A stretch of 52,307 nucleotides of DNA, filler included, from Jimgerdemannia flammicorona (lineage: Eukaryota): NCBI GenBank assembly GCA_003990765.1. It is 2 parts of 2 records of this genome, joined end to end, with 100 filler letters (N's around TTAATTAATTAA, not from the genome) between each part and the next. Parts side by side here need not be neighbours in the genome. Positions count along the whole stretch, not along the records: positions 1 to 26,107 come from RBNJ01000760.1; 1 more part is not named here. One strand, written 5' to 3'. A program made the translations under genes and the position numbers. The notes under the pieces were generated by a model that saw nothing but the letters and a program-made list of their open reading frames with translations, was not told the origin of the DNA and did no database searches. Below are positions 11,290 to 23,510 of the stretch, one piece after another (position 1 is the first letter of the stretch; every line of letters starts with the position of its first letter).

Positions 11290-14020
11290 TTTGTCCGTCA
11301 CGTCTGCCAGAAACCTCACGTGACAAAAGGCAATAGTCATGTGACATCCTGTCTTGCAAGCCACCCCACTCTACAATGCTGAACCGCCAAAATCGCTGTG
11401 AGTACCTAGAATTCTGCAGTGGTTGGGTCTTCGCATCTTTGAGATCATTTGGAAAATATTTCACAGTAGTTGGGTTTTCACTAGTTGGAAGAGATGTTTC
11501 GCTCTGGTTTGGATATTCGGGTTAGGCTATTAACCACTGCGTGCCCGCACGTCAAGATCTCTTCAGCAAGATTTCCACTGACGAGATTCCCACTGACGAG
11601 ATTCCCACTGACGAGATCGAGATCCCTCTCCCCCCCACCCCGACAATGGCCAATATCGCTTTATGAGTACCTCATAGTGGTGGTATTCTAGATTGCAATC
11701 TTCTATGTTTGTTTTCGTTGGTTGATGTTATAGGTGGATCCATGCAGAGCACTATCATCATCATTGTTCGGCGCTTAGTCGTCGTTCATCGTTTTGCGCT
11801 TAGTCGTCGTCGTTCTGTGCTTAATCCTCGTTGTTTTAGGTTTAGCCGTTCATTACCGTTCTGCGCTTAGTTCCCATCGTTCTGCACTGTTCTAGGTTTA
11901 GTTGTTGTTCATCGTTGCTCTCGTTCTTCGTCGTTCTGTGCTTAGTCATCGTTTGGACTTAGTCATCCATCATATGGCATCCATTCTATGAGTAAATTAT
12001 CTTAGTTGTAGTCTTATTGCATATAGTTATTATAATAATAAAAAAAGCACAAGTCACGGCCGTAGTGCATCCTAGTCCGGTCCGGTCCTGGAACACATAT
12101 CCGAACCTCGGCGAACAAGCCTTTTTTTTTTTTTTTTTTTTCATGTCGTGTCTGTCACAAATCGGAACCCTACACCTCGTTTGCCCTCTTCCAAAGTTAC
12201 TACTCGGGGTTTCCCCGGTAATGGCCTGACTTTATTCACAGAACATATTTGAACAAATAAACTGGGATAAATACAGGATAATACAAGTGTGTATTTGCGG
12301 GTTACGACGACCTTGTTGGACGCCGAATCTTAATAGACAGTCTTGCGACCGGTCCGGTTACGACAGCCTTGTAGAAGACGCCGAGTCATGTCAAAAACAG
12401 CCTTGCGACTGATCTGGTTGCGACGGCCTTGAGGGGAACGCCGGGGTCTGGTCTGGACGGCCTTGTGGACGCCAGCCAAGTCATGTATGCCGAGACATCG
12501 GTTGTTCGTTGTCTGGTTACGTTTGAGCGGAATCGGATATTGATCCGTCAAATAGAGGTGGTAGGTTGCAAAAACAGCAAATGCTTGTTGCCTGTTGCGT
12601 TTGCGCCGAATCGTAGATAGATCCGTGCAAATAGAAGTCGGGTCACCCGTCTTCCAGTGAGTTACTACACAGGTATATTTACCCGGCAGTAGAGCTGGCT
12701 TTATCCGATAAGACCATGAAGGATATTTATACGAAATCCCAAAGCACAAATTCACAGATTACGTCGAGATCGTGCGCGGATTTACGGCCCGAATTTGTAG
12801 GGGGTGGGGAAAAACTCAAATGGTTACACGGCTGGGGTTGTCTCTTCTTTTTTGTTTCACAACCTTGTCATACGACCTCTCGCTATTTGGTCTGGCCCTT
12901 AATATGACCTGATCTGCTTTGAAAATCTGCCGCGATACGAATTGTTGTAATTAACTCCAAGCCTCAGGAATGTATCAGCAGGTTTTAATCGAATTACGCC
13001 TATGCCTGGAATCTGAAGTGGAGGTCTGAAATGCCCTAGTGGGTTTTAATCGTTTCAGTCGAAAATATGCCCGTTCGCCCTCTTCCAGAGTTGCCACCGA
13101 GGGTTTTACCTAGTAATAGACTGACTTTTTCACTAAGAACACGGAATATATTTATTCCGAGGATATTTATACAAATAACACTATGAGTGTTCTAGAACAA
13201 CATTGCTGACCTGGGAGCAACATTCTGGTTGCGACAGCCTTGTAGGGCCAACTGGTTTGGAGGTCTTTCGTGGTCATTCGGCTACGCCTCCCTATTGGGA
13301 ATCTGTGTGTGACTAGGAACCCGAGGAATCTGTCAATAATTAGGAATGTTCCTACAATACAGGGGTAACGGCATTACTATCATGCTATTTCCTTAATCGC
13401 GGCTGCGCGACGGGGTCTTGCTATTTGTTCATGCTAGTTTAGTTTTCTGAGGGACGAAAATCCCATGCTATTTTGTTTTCTCAGGAGTCGCCAAGTAGTC
13501 ACAGCGTCATTGTTCATCACGAAAAAAATTTGGCATTCTGGTTCTAGGCATTCTGGGTACACTCCCGTTTCCGCATTCTGAATTGATGCATTCCGGGTGC
13601 ATTCGTCTTCTGCAGCATTCGGAGTGGACGCATTATGAGTGCATCATTTTCTACAGCATTCGAAATTGACGCATTCTGGGTATATCCTCCAATATGGCAT
13701 TCCAAACCCACATTCAGGGTGCATCTTCTTCTACAGCATTCTATTTCGGATACATTCCAGATCGATATATTTTGGGTAGAGCTTACAACTTGGCAATTCC
13801 TGACGTATTTTCTGCTATTATGCTATGTCAAAATCTGACTATTACAAATTAACATTTCCCTGCCTCAGTAAGAAATCTCCCATGCCTCTCTATCACTATA
13901 TTTATTTACAAAGTACTTGTCAAATGAATAAACGTCCTTCTGCTGCTCCTTTGCCTTTATCGCCGAATCTCGAGATTCAAAGTAGGGTACCATATGTATA
14001 TTTCGGACAATTGCATCCAC
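11290..14020. promoter_or_regulatory. CpG-retaining island with short repeats; no recognisable CDS
   Basis: CpG reappears abruptly. The island contains TCACGTGA at ~11316, a 15-bp GACGAGATTCCCACT repeat at ~11570-11615, and CGTTCTGCGCTTAGTCGT-like repeats at 11765-11965. Confidence 0.45.
12180..13260. repeat. Three diverged ~450-bp units with an inner ~60-bp repeat
   Basis: CCCTCTTCCARAGTT..GGTAAT..CTGACTTT recurs at ~12184, ~12646 and ~13077. A GGTTGCGACGGCCTTG-like motif recurs at ~12300, 12356, 12416, 12453 and 13227. Confidence 0.6.
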
Positions 14021-14460
14021 ACCAATGACATTAAAATTTTTGGATTGAGTAGCCATGCACATCTGAGTCTCCAGGTCCCGACAACCTTGAATTTTGAACC
14101 ACTGGATATATGCATGATACTTGTGATTAATAGTGAAGAGATGGATCTGGCCAATCTTGAATTCATCAAGACTATAGACTTCTTGCTGCTTATCCTCCCA
14201 ATTATATACAGTGATCCAGTTATACCAAGGATGACTGTGAAAGCTTGGGTTATACTGAATGATATTCTTGACAGTTTCTTATTGATACTCATGATATGGA
14301 TTTGGCCAGTATAAATTGAAAGACTGAAAGATGGTAATCTGAGGATTGTTGAGAATAGAGAGTTTTGTCTTACTATCTTTACTATTCCAAAATCATACTG
14401 TATATCATCAAAGAAAATCTGAATGTTTGTTGAGCAAAGGTGATGGCTCCTTGGCAAAGG
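13518..14460 (-). mobile_element. CMC/Plavaka-type DNA transposon end with a transposase C-terminal fragment (~13865-14460)
   Basis: CACGAAAAAAAT terminus at 13518 followed by many GCATTC subterminal repeats. Translation reads NIIQYNPSFHSHPWYNWITV..IGQIHLF..AYIQWF..DLETQM..VIGVDAIVRNIHMVPYF..YFVNKYSD, typical of a Plavaka C-terminus. Confidence 0.75.
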
Positions 14461-15015
14461 TCAAGAAAAGTGATCTGCTGATATTGGCAAAGATGACTTG
14501 CTAGTAAAGTCATTAGAAGAAATATTCATAGAAAGAGAGATATTTATAGAAGAGTGAAAGAGTAGAAGGGAGAAAATAAGTGAATAGAAAGATTAAGATG
14601 ACGACATCATATGATCACTTATATGATATAAGCTAAATATCACACTTTACTATTTTCTTTAATCTACTCTCTGTAATTTTTTTTTTTAATAATATGTATT
14701 TTTATTAATAAGCAACTCTCATTCTTTTCTGAAATTTCTATCAATAGAATCAAATTCTCATCCTCTATTTATCTTACATCTATCTGTCAAAGTTCTGACA
14801 ATTTTACTATCATTTGAGATAATAATATAAAGACTGATCTTTGATTTCATTAAATATATATTTAAGTAAGTAAATATAGTTTATTTGAGTGTGAAGTAAT
14901 TGATATATATCATAGAATATAATAGGTAGTAATGATACAGAACAAAAAAAAGAGAGAGAGAGAAGATAGGGTTGAGAAAATAAAGTAAAGAGTGAGTAAT
15001 AGAGAAGGAGTATGA

Positions 15016-16219
15016 CTCCTTTCTCTGCTATTTTACCAGCTATAAGATTTGGTAAGCAATCTTTTAAGTTTCTTTTCTATAACTTAAATCTCCTCTATCT
15101 TAGATTAGTTTGCTATATCTATTATAAGATAGTAGGAGAGAGGCAATAGTGATGAGTTGTCTCTTTATCAGTATTAGATTGATGTCTTTTCTACTTTTTC
15201 ATAGTTTTTGATACCTCTGGTTATATCTGAAGTATATCTGTTTTAGTATAGTATCTTTTTTCTTTTATTATCATCAATATAATATTGTCTTAGTATATTA
15301 TAAGCTATATAAGATATCAGACAACCTTGGGTATTTAGTACCAGTATAGGTTACCTATAGATTCTTAGTATCTATAATAGGGCCCTCTGAGCTTTGGTAA
15401 GCTTTTTAGTAAGTATAGTACTAGTATAGATAACTGTTTTTTAAGTGAAGTTGAGATGGAAGAGGAGATGATTCTCATAGATAGGAAGAAGGATAATAAC
15501 AGTAGACTAGTAGAGTACTAAACTAAGGGTAGTCATCAGGGCTAGAATAAGTATTATATTGATAAGACCTTCTGATTAGTATAGAGCAGTTAGGTGGTAG
15601 ATATCACTCTTGACTACTTTTGGCAATATGTAGAGTTGGGCCCCAGTTATTGAGAATAGTCAGGGGGTCTGAGGCTACTCAGATCAGATATCTTGGTTAT
15701 ATATACTCAACTAAAACTAAGAGCTAATGTGATAATATAATTGAAGTCTACAGACTTGAGTAGTGGGGTATTGGGAGTCTTCTCCTACCTCATATATAAG
15801 TTCTCTACTCATCTCATTAGAGAGAACCAGGTTCTATCTATTATTTTATACTTTGAGAGGAGTTTTTTCTTTATCTATTATTTTACTTGAGGTGATAGAA
15901 ACTATTCTATTTAGCTTAGATATTCTTATACATATATTGGGGTTTTGGATATATACCTTCAGTCATTGATATATAGTTGCTTGCCCCCTGATAGTAGAGA
16001 GAGCATGATATATATATAGAATGAGATATAGACAACTTTGCTCTACTATATCTGATATAGTCAAGCTACTGGATAATAGCTAGTCTAGGTTTAATAAAGA
16101 TATAGTGCTTGAGGAGTGGTGGAAGAGAGTTTTGGCCTATATTGTCTAGGTTCTCTTCCAATAAAAATCTGTAGAACTTTAAGTCTATTAAACAAAAAAA
16201 AAAAAAAAAAAAAAAAAAA
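15016..16219 (+). mobile_element. Non-autonomous poly(A) retroposon copy 2 (most mutated)
   Basis: Starts CTCCTTTCTCTGCTA, as does copy 3, and ends AATAAA...poly(A). Degenerate TSD AATAGAGAAGGAGTATGA / AATTGAAGAGGAGTATAA. Confidence 0.85.
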
Positions 16220-16284
16220 TTGAAGAGGAGTATAATTTTTTTATCTTGTCAGCCTCTTATCTCCCACAGCTTTTATTAATAACA

Positions 16285-17450
16285 AATGAGTCATCTTCAC
16301 TAATGTCATCTTTACTAATACTAATAGATCATCTTCACTAATACCAATAGGTCATCTTTCCCAATATCAATAGATCATCTTTGTTAATATTATTTTTATC
16401 AACACAGATAGGTTATCTTCTTTACCAATACTAATGAGTCATTTTCACTAATACCAGAATTATCTTTACCAACATCATCTTCACCAATACTAATAAATCA
16501 TCTTTCCTAATATCAATAAGTTATTTTCACCAACACTAATAGATCATCTTCCCTACCAATAGATCATCTTTGCCAATACCAATAGATCATTTTCACTAAT
16601 ACTAAAGTCATCTTTGCCAATATCTCTTCACTAATACCAATAGACCATCTTTGTCAATACCAATAGGTCATCTTCTCTAACACTAATAGATCATTTTTAT
16701 TAATATCAATAGAGTCATCTTTATTAACATTATCTTCACCAATACTAACAGGTCATCTTTACTAATACTAATGGGTCATTTTCACTAACACTAGGGTCAT
16801 CTTTACTAATGTTATTCAACAGGCCATCTTCACTAATACCAATAGGTCATATTCATCAATACTAATAGGTTATCTTCACTAATGTCAACAGGTTATCTTC
16901 ACCAATACCAATGGGTCATCTTTGCTAATACTAATAGATTATCTTTACTAATATCAATAGATCATCTTCATCAATATTAATAGATCATTTTTGCCAATAC
17001 CAAAGAGTCATTTTCACTAATACTAATAGGTCATTTTTGCTAATATTAATGAGTCATTTTCACTAATGCTAAGGTCATCTTCACTAATATTATCTTCATC
17101 AATACCAATGAGTAATCTTCACCAATGCTAATAGGTCATCTTTGCCAATGCCAACAGGCCTTATCTTCCTCAATACCAATAGGTTATTTTTGCTAATACT
17201 AACAGGTCATCTTTATCAATACTAATAGATCATTTTCACCAACACCAGAGTCATCTTCCCCGATATTTTTCCTAATACTAGGGTTGTCTTTCTCAATATC
17301 AATGGGTCACTTTCACTAATGCTAGAGCTATCTTCACTAACATCATCTTCACCAATACCAATGGTCATCTTTACAAATAGATCATCTTTGTCAATGGCAA
17401 TATCAATGAGTCATCTCTCTTGACCTTTATCTGATCATCTTCACTAACAG
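16285..17450. repeat. ~23-bp minisatellite (GTCATCTTCACCAATACCAATAG), dozens of decayed copies
   Basis: Read directly. One inverted copy lies at ~14481-14498. Confidence 0.9.
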
Positions 17451-17519
17451 ATATCCTCCTTCATCTTTATAATGGTGTTCAAGTATAAGAAGCAAACTGT
17501 GTTAAAATCTAAAGAGATA

Positions 17520-18210
17520 TTCTCACTTCTAGTATCTCAATATGAATAAGTAATTAACTCTAAGAATCTTTTATACCAAAGTAAACAAAACAAAAAGCCA
17601 TCTGAACCTGACTCTATTTCGAGATCAAGATATCCAAACTCATATTCACTCTTATCTTAATATTATAATGAACTTGATCAAATATCTAATTCTGAGAATC
17701 TTATATACCAAAACAAAAAGCTGTCTGAGTCTTATTGAGACAAGAGAAGCTAATGTAGGTTCAGGTTCAGATATAGATTTAGTTGTAGATCTAGATACTT
17801 AGACTTAGATCTTGAATTAGAATTGGGCACCAATAACTCTTTGTTTTAGTATAGAAGTTTCTCAAAGTCAACATTAGAGATTTGTTCAGATTTATCATAT
17901 TGAGACAAGAGAAGCAGATGTGGATTCAGGTTCAAGTGATATAGAAGATTCTCAGAATCAGAGAGTTCATATTTATCATCACATTAAGACAAAGAAAGCA
18001 GATATGAGTTTGGGTACTTTGACTTAGATCTTAAAGAATACTGAAGATTCTCAAAGTCATTAAGTTTATCATATTGAGATAAGAGAAGTTATATGTTCAG
18101 ATACTTTAACTTAGATCTTATTTAGTGCTGGAGATTCTTAGAGTTAGTAACTTAAGACTGAAGAAGCAGATGTAGATTTAAGCACTTTGACTTAGACCTT
18201 AAGTTAGAAT
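17520..18210. repeat. Degenerate tandem units arranged as an inverted pair (probable DNA-transposon or MITE remnant)
   Basis: ATATTGAGACAAGAGAAGCAGATGTGGATTC recurs on the plus strand from ~17735, with reverse-complement copies at 17520-17720. Confidence 0.55.
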
Positions 18211-20272
18211 TTAATGATGAATTTATCACTGACTCTGAGAATATTCATTCTGAAATATTTTTCAAATGATGCTGATTATATTAACTTTAGAAAATCTATA
18301 ATAGTAAAGATAACATTCTATCTACTACTTGTATCTGCTCAGTATAGTGAGAATGATAATTAGCAAATATAAGTAATATTACTGACAATACTAAAGAAGT
18401 TACAACTTATTGATCAATTTCCTCATAATGATAATGATCTGGAAGATAATACTACTTTTAGAGGCTGAGAGAAGCAAACAACTCTGACCAGTGATGACTT
18501 GTAGCATAATATCAAGAATTATATATTATATAGTTGCATATATTTCTTCTTCTATAAATATATACCCAATAAAGATTTCATATACAATACTTACTAAAAA
18601 TTATTTCCAGAGTATAAAAATTTCAACAGTAGTATTGACTACTCTATTTATTATTCAGTATTATAGAATTTTGATAATCAAAGATCTATATAGACAGTTG
18701 AGCAATATCTTCTAGTCAATGTTTGAATTATAAATCATATCAAGTAATTATATATATTTTTTATTTCTCTCTACTATTTTCTTTTATTATTTTTTAAACT
18801 TATTTAGCTTATTTATTTTATATCTTAGTGATCAATCTCTTGAACTTCCAAATATTATGGAAATTAGCTCTCAAATTTCCAAAAACTATCTTTATCAGAC
18901 TTTTTCTTAAATTTACAACTCTGTTGATCTCTTCTTTTTCAACAATAGACCACAAAATTAAGATGCTACTAATTATGATATTCTTAAATCAATTCTTATA
19001 AATTTAATTGAAGTTGAGCTTTATATTAAGATTGAAGAGCTTGATCATCTGGAGGCTATAGATATATATTATCTATGAGAAGACAGATAAGCTTATAGTA
19101 GATCCTATATAGATTACTCCTATAAATCTAAATGCTAATATTTCTGAATCAAGAATTCATATAAAGTACCAAGTTCCAGAAAATGGATCAAATCACATTA
19201 TCAAGTAACATTCTTATAAGTTATTCAGCTTTTTCAGTTGAAGTAATCATTGGTAGCAGATGTAGATAACTTCTTATAAATCAGAAAGTATGTAGTATAT
19301 GTGTCAGATATATATGTAATATACAATATAGTTCTGATAGTCATTAATTGTAATTAGGACCATCAATTCAGAGATACAAATTAACCATAACAATCTAAGT
19401 ACTTGCAATATTCTTATTATTATACTACTAATTATCTATCAACTTGAGTAGATATTAGAGGATGAGTTCTTTTGTTGGCAAACTTATGACCAACTTAATG
19501 TATTACTAAACACATGCATACTACTGGACATATACTTGATATCTACTTAAGTGCTCCTTATGCTCAACTATGCAAATTGGCCGTGGCCACCTAAGCTTGT
19601 AGTGCCTTATATTGTAATCCTTGAGCTGCATGGATGTTGCGGCATGTTGTGATGGGTCGTTTTGACAGGACCCTTACAGTGGGAGGTCGAGGCAGAGAAG
19701 GGATCCTTGGGCAAGGCAACTGAGAGATCTATGGGAAAGGCTGTGGAGGGATCTGTTGGCAAGGCGGCTTAAGTGCTGGCGAGAGGGGATAATGTCCGGT
19801 TTCAGAAGATTTCTTGGGGATATATTTATGGCATTACATTTACGGCACACTAGACGGTTGTTTCAGATTGTATGAGGCGAGTGGAGAGGTGAAAGTCATG
19901 AAGTTTTGGCAATTTACATAGAATGCATGATTTATATACGTATTTCTGAAACAAACAACCGTTTGGAAAATTGCTGGCTTATATTCGAAGTCAATGCTAT
20001 AATCAACCATCGGGGAAGGTTACCCTAATACGATTTACACATGAGTTTTCCGAATGTACATGATGTGTTTTTTTTTTGGTACAGTTCTCCTTGTGTTACC
20101 CCTATTTTTCAAAGAGCCGTCGTAGCAATTAAAGAGGATGCTGAATGTTTAAACATCTCCCGTGGAACACAGTGGTTGCGCCATAGTGTGATATGACAGA
20201 GTTAAGGATGGTTCATCCGTATATCTTTACCCAACGCATTCCTGTCCTTAATATGGGCAACATACATTCTCG

Positions 20273-20780
20273 TCGTAATGCCTCAAAACGTCTCCCCCTA
20301 AAGATAAGGTATCCTGCCTTAGCCCTACGATGGAGTTATACGGAGTGTTCGTAGTGCGCTTCATCCAGATGATCCACGACGTCCTGGTGAAGAATCGAAA
20401 ACGCTGGGGCAGCTTCGCGGTGCTTGATTTGCGGTTCCCGAACTCGGAACCGGAGAGGCTGGTGGCGGTCACAACAAAGGATTCCGCGGACAGTAAGAAA
20501 AGAGAACGGTGGTTGAAAAAGCTCAAATCCGTGTAGTGCAGCGTCTGCGACCGCCTGAATTCGACACCGTTCTGGGACTTCGTCGAAGAACGCTTTGGCC
20601 AGACGGAGGAAGAATTCGAAAGATTCGAACTGGAGGTCGTGACAATGGCGAATAGGAGACGGCTCAGTGTCGACCACATTATTACAAAAGGGAATCCCTC
20701 GGTGTACTGGCCTTCGAAGGACCCCGGCATGCGCTTGATTCGCCTTCAGCTCCATTTCAACCAATTTAGAGAATAAGTTA
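20273..20780 (+). pseudogene. Paralog 1 of the unknown 177-aa protein (frameshifted N-terminus, GAG>TAG stop at 20534)
   Basis: High nucleotide similarity to 22977-23510. ATGGGCAACATACATTCT is present at ~20253. Confidence 0.85.
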
Positions 20781-21383
20781 CCTATGAGTACAAACAGTAT
20801 TATAAACAATTCACACTACTCTAATATTCCTATGCTTATATGCTGTTCGACTATGCCGCACTAATATCTTCGATCACTATGTCTTTATGTGACTCGCAAT
20901 ATGTCAAGAATGTGTAAAATTAGAATTATCTTTTGTATTTATTTTTTGATGTTTCAGTGTGCTTATAGCTATTATTAAAATATGCAACTCATGTGAATTA
21001 ATGTTCAGTATTTTTGAGATAGCGAGACCAACAGTTGAAGCTTTTATGGTCTGAGCTATGATAAATCTACTGATATGTTGTATTGAAGCTTTGCCATTAT
21101 GTGCATTCTGATATATTTTCCCCTTAGTAAAAAAATTCCAGTTTTTATCGGTCGAGAATGCATTCCAGGAATCTTATATATACTAGCCATTGTGATCAGA
21201 GATATAATCAGTTAGTATCTTAGAAATGAAAGTCACACAGTCAACTCTTCAAAAGGCGAATAATACCCGTCCTACGCGTCCTACGCGTCCTATACGTACG
21301 GCCCACACCGCTCACTCATTCGGGTAATGATCGAAGTTGTATGTGTGTTGCGGTGAGCAAAATATTTATTGAAGCGAGCCGCG

Positions 21384-21854
21384 CTAAAAGATGCGCAGGA
21401 ACCGAAATAACAGTAAAGAAGGAGAGCGGTCCCAAGAGAAAGAGGAGGCAGGTGGAAAAGAAATAAGGGATACAATATTATGTAGGGTAGGAGTCGTAAT
21501 GGATGTAGCGTAGAGCGATAGGCGAGCGATCCTATAGATAAGTATGTATGAAGTGGAGGATGTATATGCAGAGTGTAATGCATACATGAAAAGGTAGCGC
21601 CCGAAACGGGCGTTCGAGATCTTCCATTGTCCGTACTGGATGATTACTGGATGATTCGGTTCTTTTGCAGATCCCAAACAGAAATAAAGATTCGACACGC
21701 AACTCCAGAAGTGTTCAAAATCTGGCAGGTAGCTTATTAGAAATACTCTCCATTTTTGAAACCTCTTTCTGCATACTGGACCAGAGCGCTTTTCGCCCGA
21801 TAAAAGCTGCTCTACTGACTCATAAATATTGTAGACATAGATAAGATCACCCAT
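21384..21854 (-). CDS. Possible spliced gene or gene fragment, product unknown
   Basis: CpG-rich ORF with a clean 54-nt GTATGC...CTATAG intron candidate (~21532-21585). A partial duplicate lies at ~24170-24260. Confidence 0.3.
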   Translation of the reverse strand: MGDLIYVYNIYESVEQLLSGEKRSGPVCRKRFQKWRVFLISYLPDFEHFWSCVSNLYFCLGSAKEPNHPVIIQYGQWKISNARFGRYLFMYALHSAYTSSTSYILIYRIARLSLYATSITTPTLHNIVSLISFPPASSFSWDRSPSLLLFRFLRIF

Positions 21855-21914
21855 GGGTATTTTTCGAGTTTCTTAGAGGAAGGCGCAGTTCCTTCTAAAC
21901 CAGTCTAAAGCTCC

Positions 21915-22205
21915 GAATGGACCGGTTTGGTTCCGTTTGGTCCCATTTCGGTTTGGTCCATATTATCACATGAAACTCTATGAGAGGACATCCTGCCATG
22001 CTTCCTCGTACAATGAATTCTGAAATCTGATCTAAAATCTGATCGTACACTGGACGATCGAACGGGACTGGAGAACGTCAACTAGAAGGCGAATGATGAG
22101 CAAACAAGTGGATGATGAGCGAGGAAATATGGTACCATGTGTGTGATCGTGTGTACAATCACATGCCATTATCATGAGCCTGGACCAAACCGGACCGAAA
22201 GTTTT
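21915..22205. mobile_element. Small MITE-like remnant with inverted GGTTTGGTCC / GGACCAAACC repeats
   Basis: Inverted short repeats at 21920-21960 and 22182-22197. No TSD identified. Confidence 0.35.
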
Positions 22206-22976
22206 AAACCAGCCCCTTATGCTAATTCTGCCGTTTCACCAACTGCCGACGGAAACAGTGGGCCGTCGCCGAAACCGGTGTAGCTGAGAATTTGCATTAT
22301 AGCTATAGAGTCTCGTTACTCGCGGCAATTGTCTCTACTATCTTCAAAGGAATCGTCTTGAAGCATTTTTTTGACGAGTATTTTTCTGCTGGACGCACTC
22401 TGGATCTTGACGGTGCAGTCTCTCATTCGCTTGCATGCCCTCGCACTCTCAGATTCACGAAATTGGATTTCGGTACACTTTACAGCTTTTCGTTCGCGAT
22501 TCCTCCATTTCTTTACCTCGTCTTTATTTTCGAAATGGTTTATTGTGTATTTAGAGATATTTTCAAAAAAATATTATACTTGGTGTATATCTAACTAGGG
22601 GAGTTTCTCGATTTACTGTGAACTAAAAAATTCAAGATTTTATTGACACCTGGCGCTAACTACTCTTACCAGTACATTCTTTACTGCACACTTAAAAAGA
22701 TATGAAAAGTTTAAGTGCAATCAACCTCAAAAAATTAAGACCATAGAAACATTACTTAATTTATACAATTCTATGGGCTTAGAATTTTTCTAATGTTCTA
22801 AAAAAGAGGATTTTGGTCCATTATCCTATAATCACATGGCGGCAACCTTATCTTAAACAGTTATACTGATGAGAGATTGTTGAACAGGAGATAGGCGAGC
22901 GACCCCAAAGACGAGCTCAACATCGCAAGTCGGATATCTCTGTCTTATCTTAACCCGACGCATTCCTATCCTTAAC

Positions 22977-23510
22977 ATGGGCAACACATATTCTCGTCGT
23001 ATTGTCTCAAAACATCCGCCCCGCACACCTCCTGAAGCTAAGGCATCCTGCCCTAGCCCTAAGATGGAGGTGTACGGAGTGTTCGTAGCGCGCTTCATCC
23101 AGATGATCCACGACCGGGTCCTGGTGAAGAACCGAAAACGCTGGGGCAGCTTCGTGATCCTTGACTTGCGGTTCCCGAACTCAGAGCCGAAGAGGCTGGT
23201 AGCAATCACAGCAAAAGGTCCCGCAAACAAGAAGAATCGAAAGGAAATGTTGAAAAAGCTCAAATCCGTGGAGCACAGCGCCTGCGACCGCCTGAACTGG
23301 GAAACCTTCTGGTGCTTTGTCGAGGAGCGCTTCGACCAGACGGAAGAAGAGTTCAAAATATTCAAGCAGGAGCTCGTGACGAGGGTGAATAGGGGCCGGC
23401 TCAGTATCGACCACATTATTACAAAGGCGAATCCCTCGGTGTACTGGCCTTCGAAGGACCCCGACATGCGATTGATTCGCCTTCAGCTCCAATTCCACGA
23501 CTTAAATTAG
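22977..23510 (+). CDS. Intact hypothetical 177-aa protein with an N-terminal MGxxxS myristoylation-like motif
   Basis: Uninterrupted, CpG-rich ORF with coding-like codon usage and two neighbouring paralogs. No family recognised. Confidence 0.75.
   Translation: MGNTYSRRIVSKHPPRTPPEAKASCPSPKMEVYGVFVARFIQMIHDRVLVKNRKRWGSFVILDLRFPNSEPKRLVAITAKGPANKKNRKEMLKKLKSVEHSACDRLNWETFWCFVEERFDQTEEEFKIFKQELVTRVNRGRLSIDHIITKANPSVYWPSKDPDMRLIRLQLQFHDLN

Noticed and set aside
12295..12320. rRNA-like AACAAGGT/GTCGTAAC words
   Set aside because: The order and context do not match SSU rRNA. They are part of a local 60-bp repeat.
16285..17450. CRISPR array or coding repeat
   Set aside because: Head-to-tail 23-bp units with no spacers. 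The length is not a multiple of 3 and the copies are decayed.
23400..23425. HNH nuclease motif (SIDHII) in the 177-aa protein
   Set aside because: There is no downstream N/H pattern or Cys pairs, and one short motif is insufficient.
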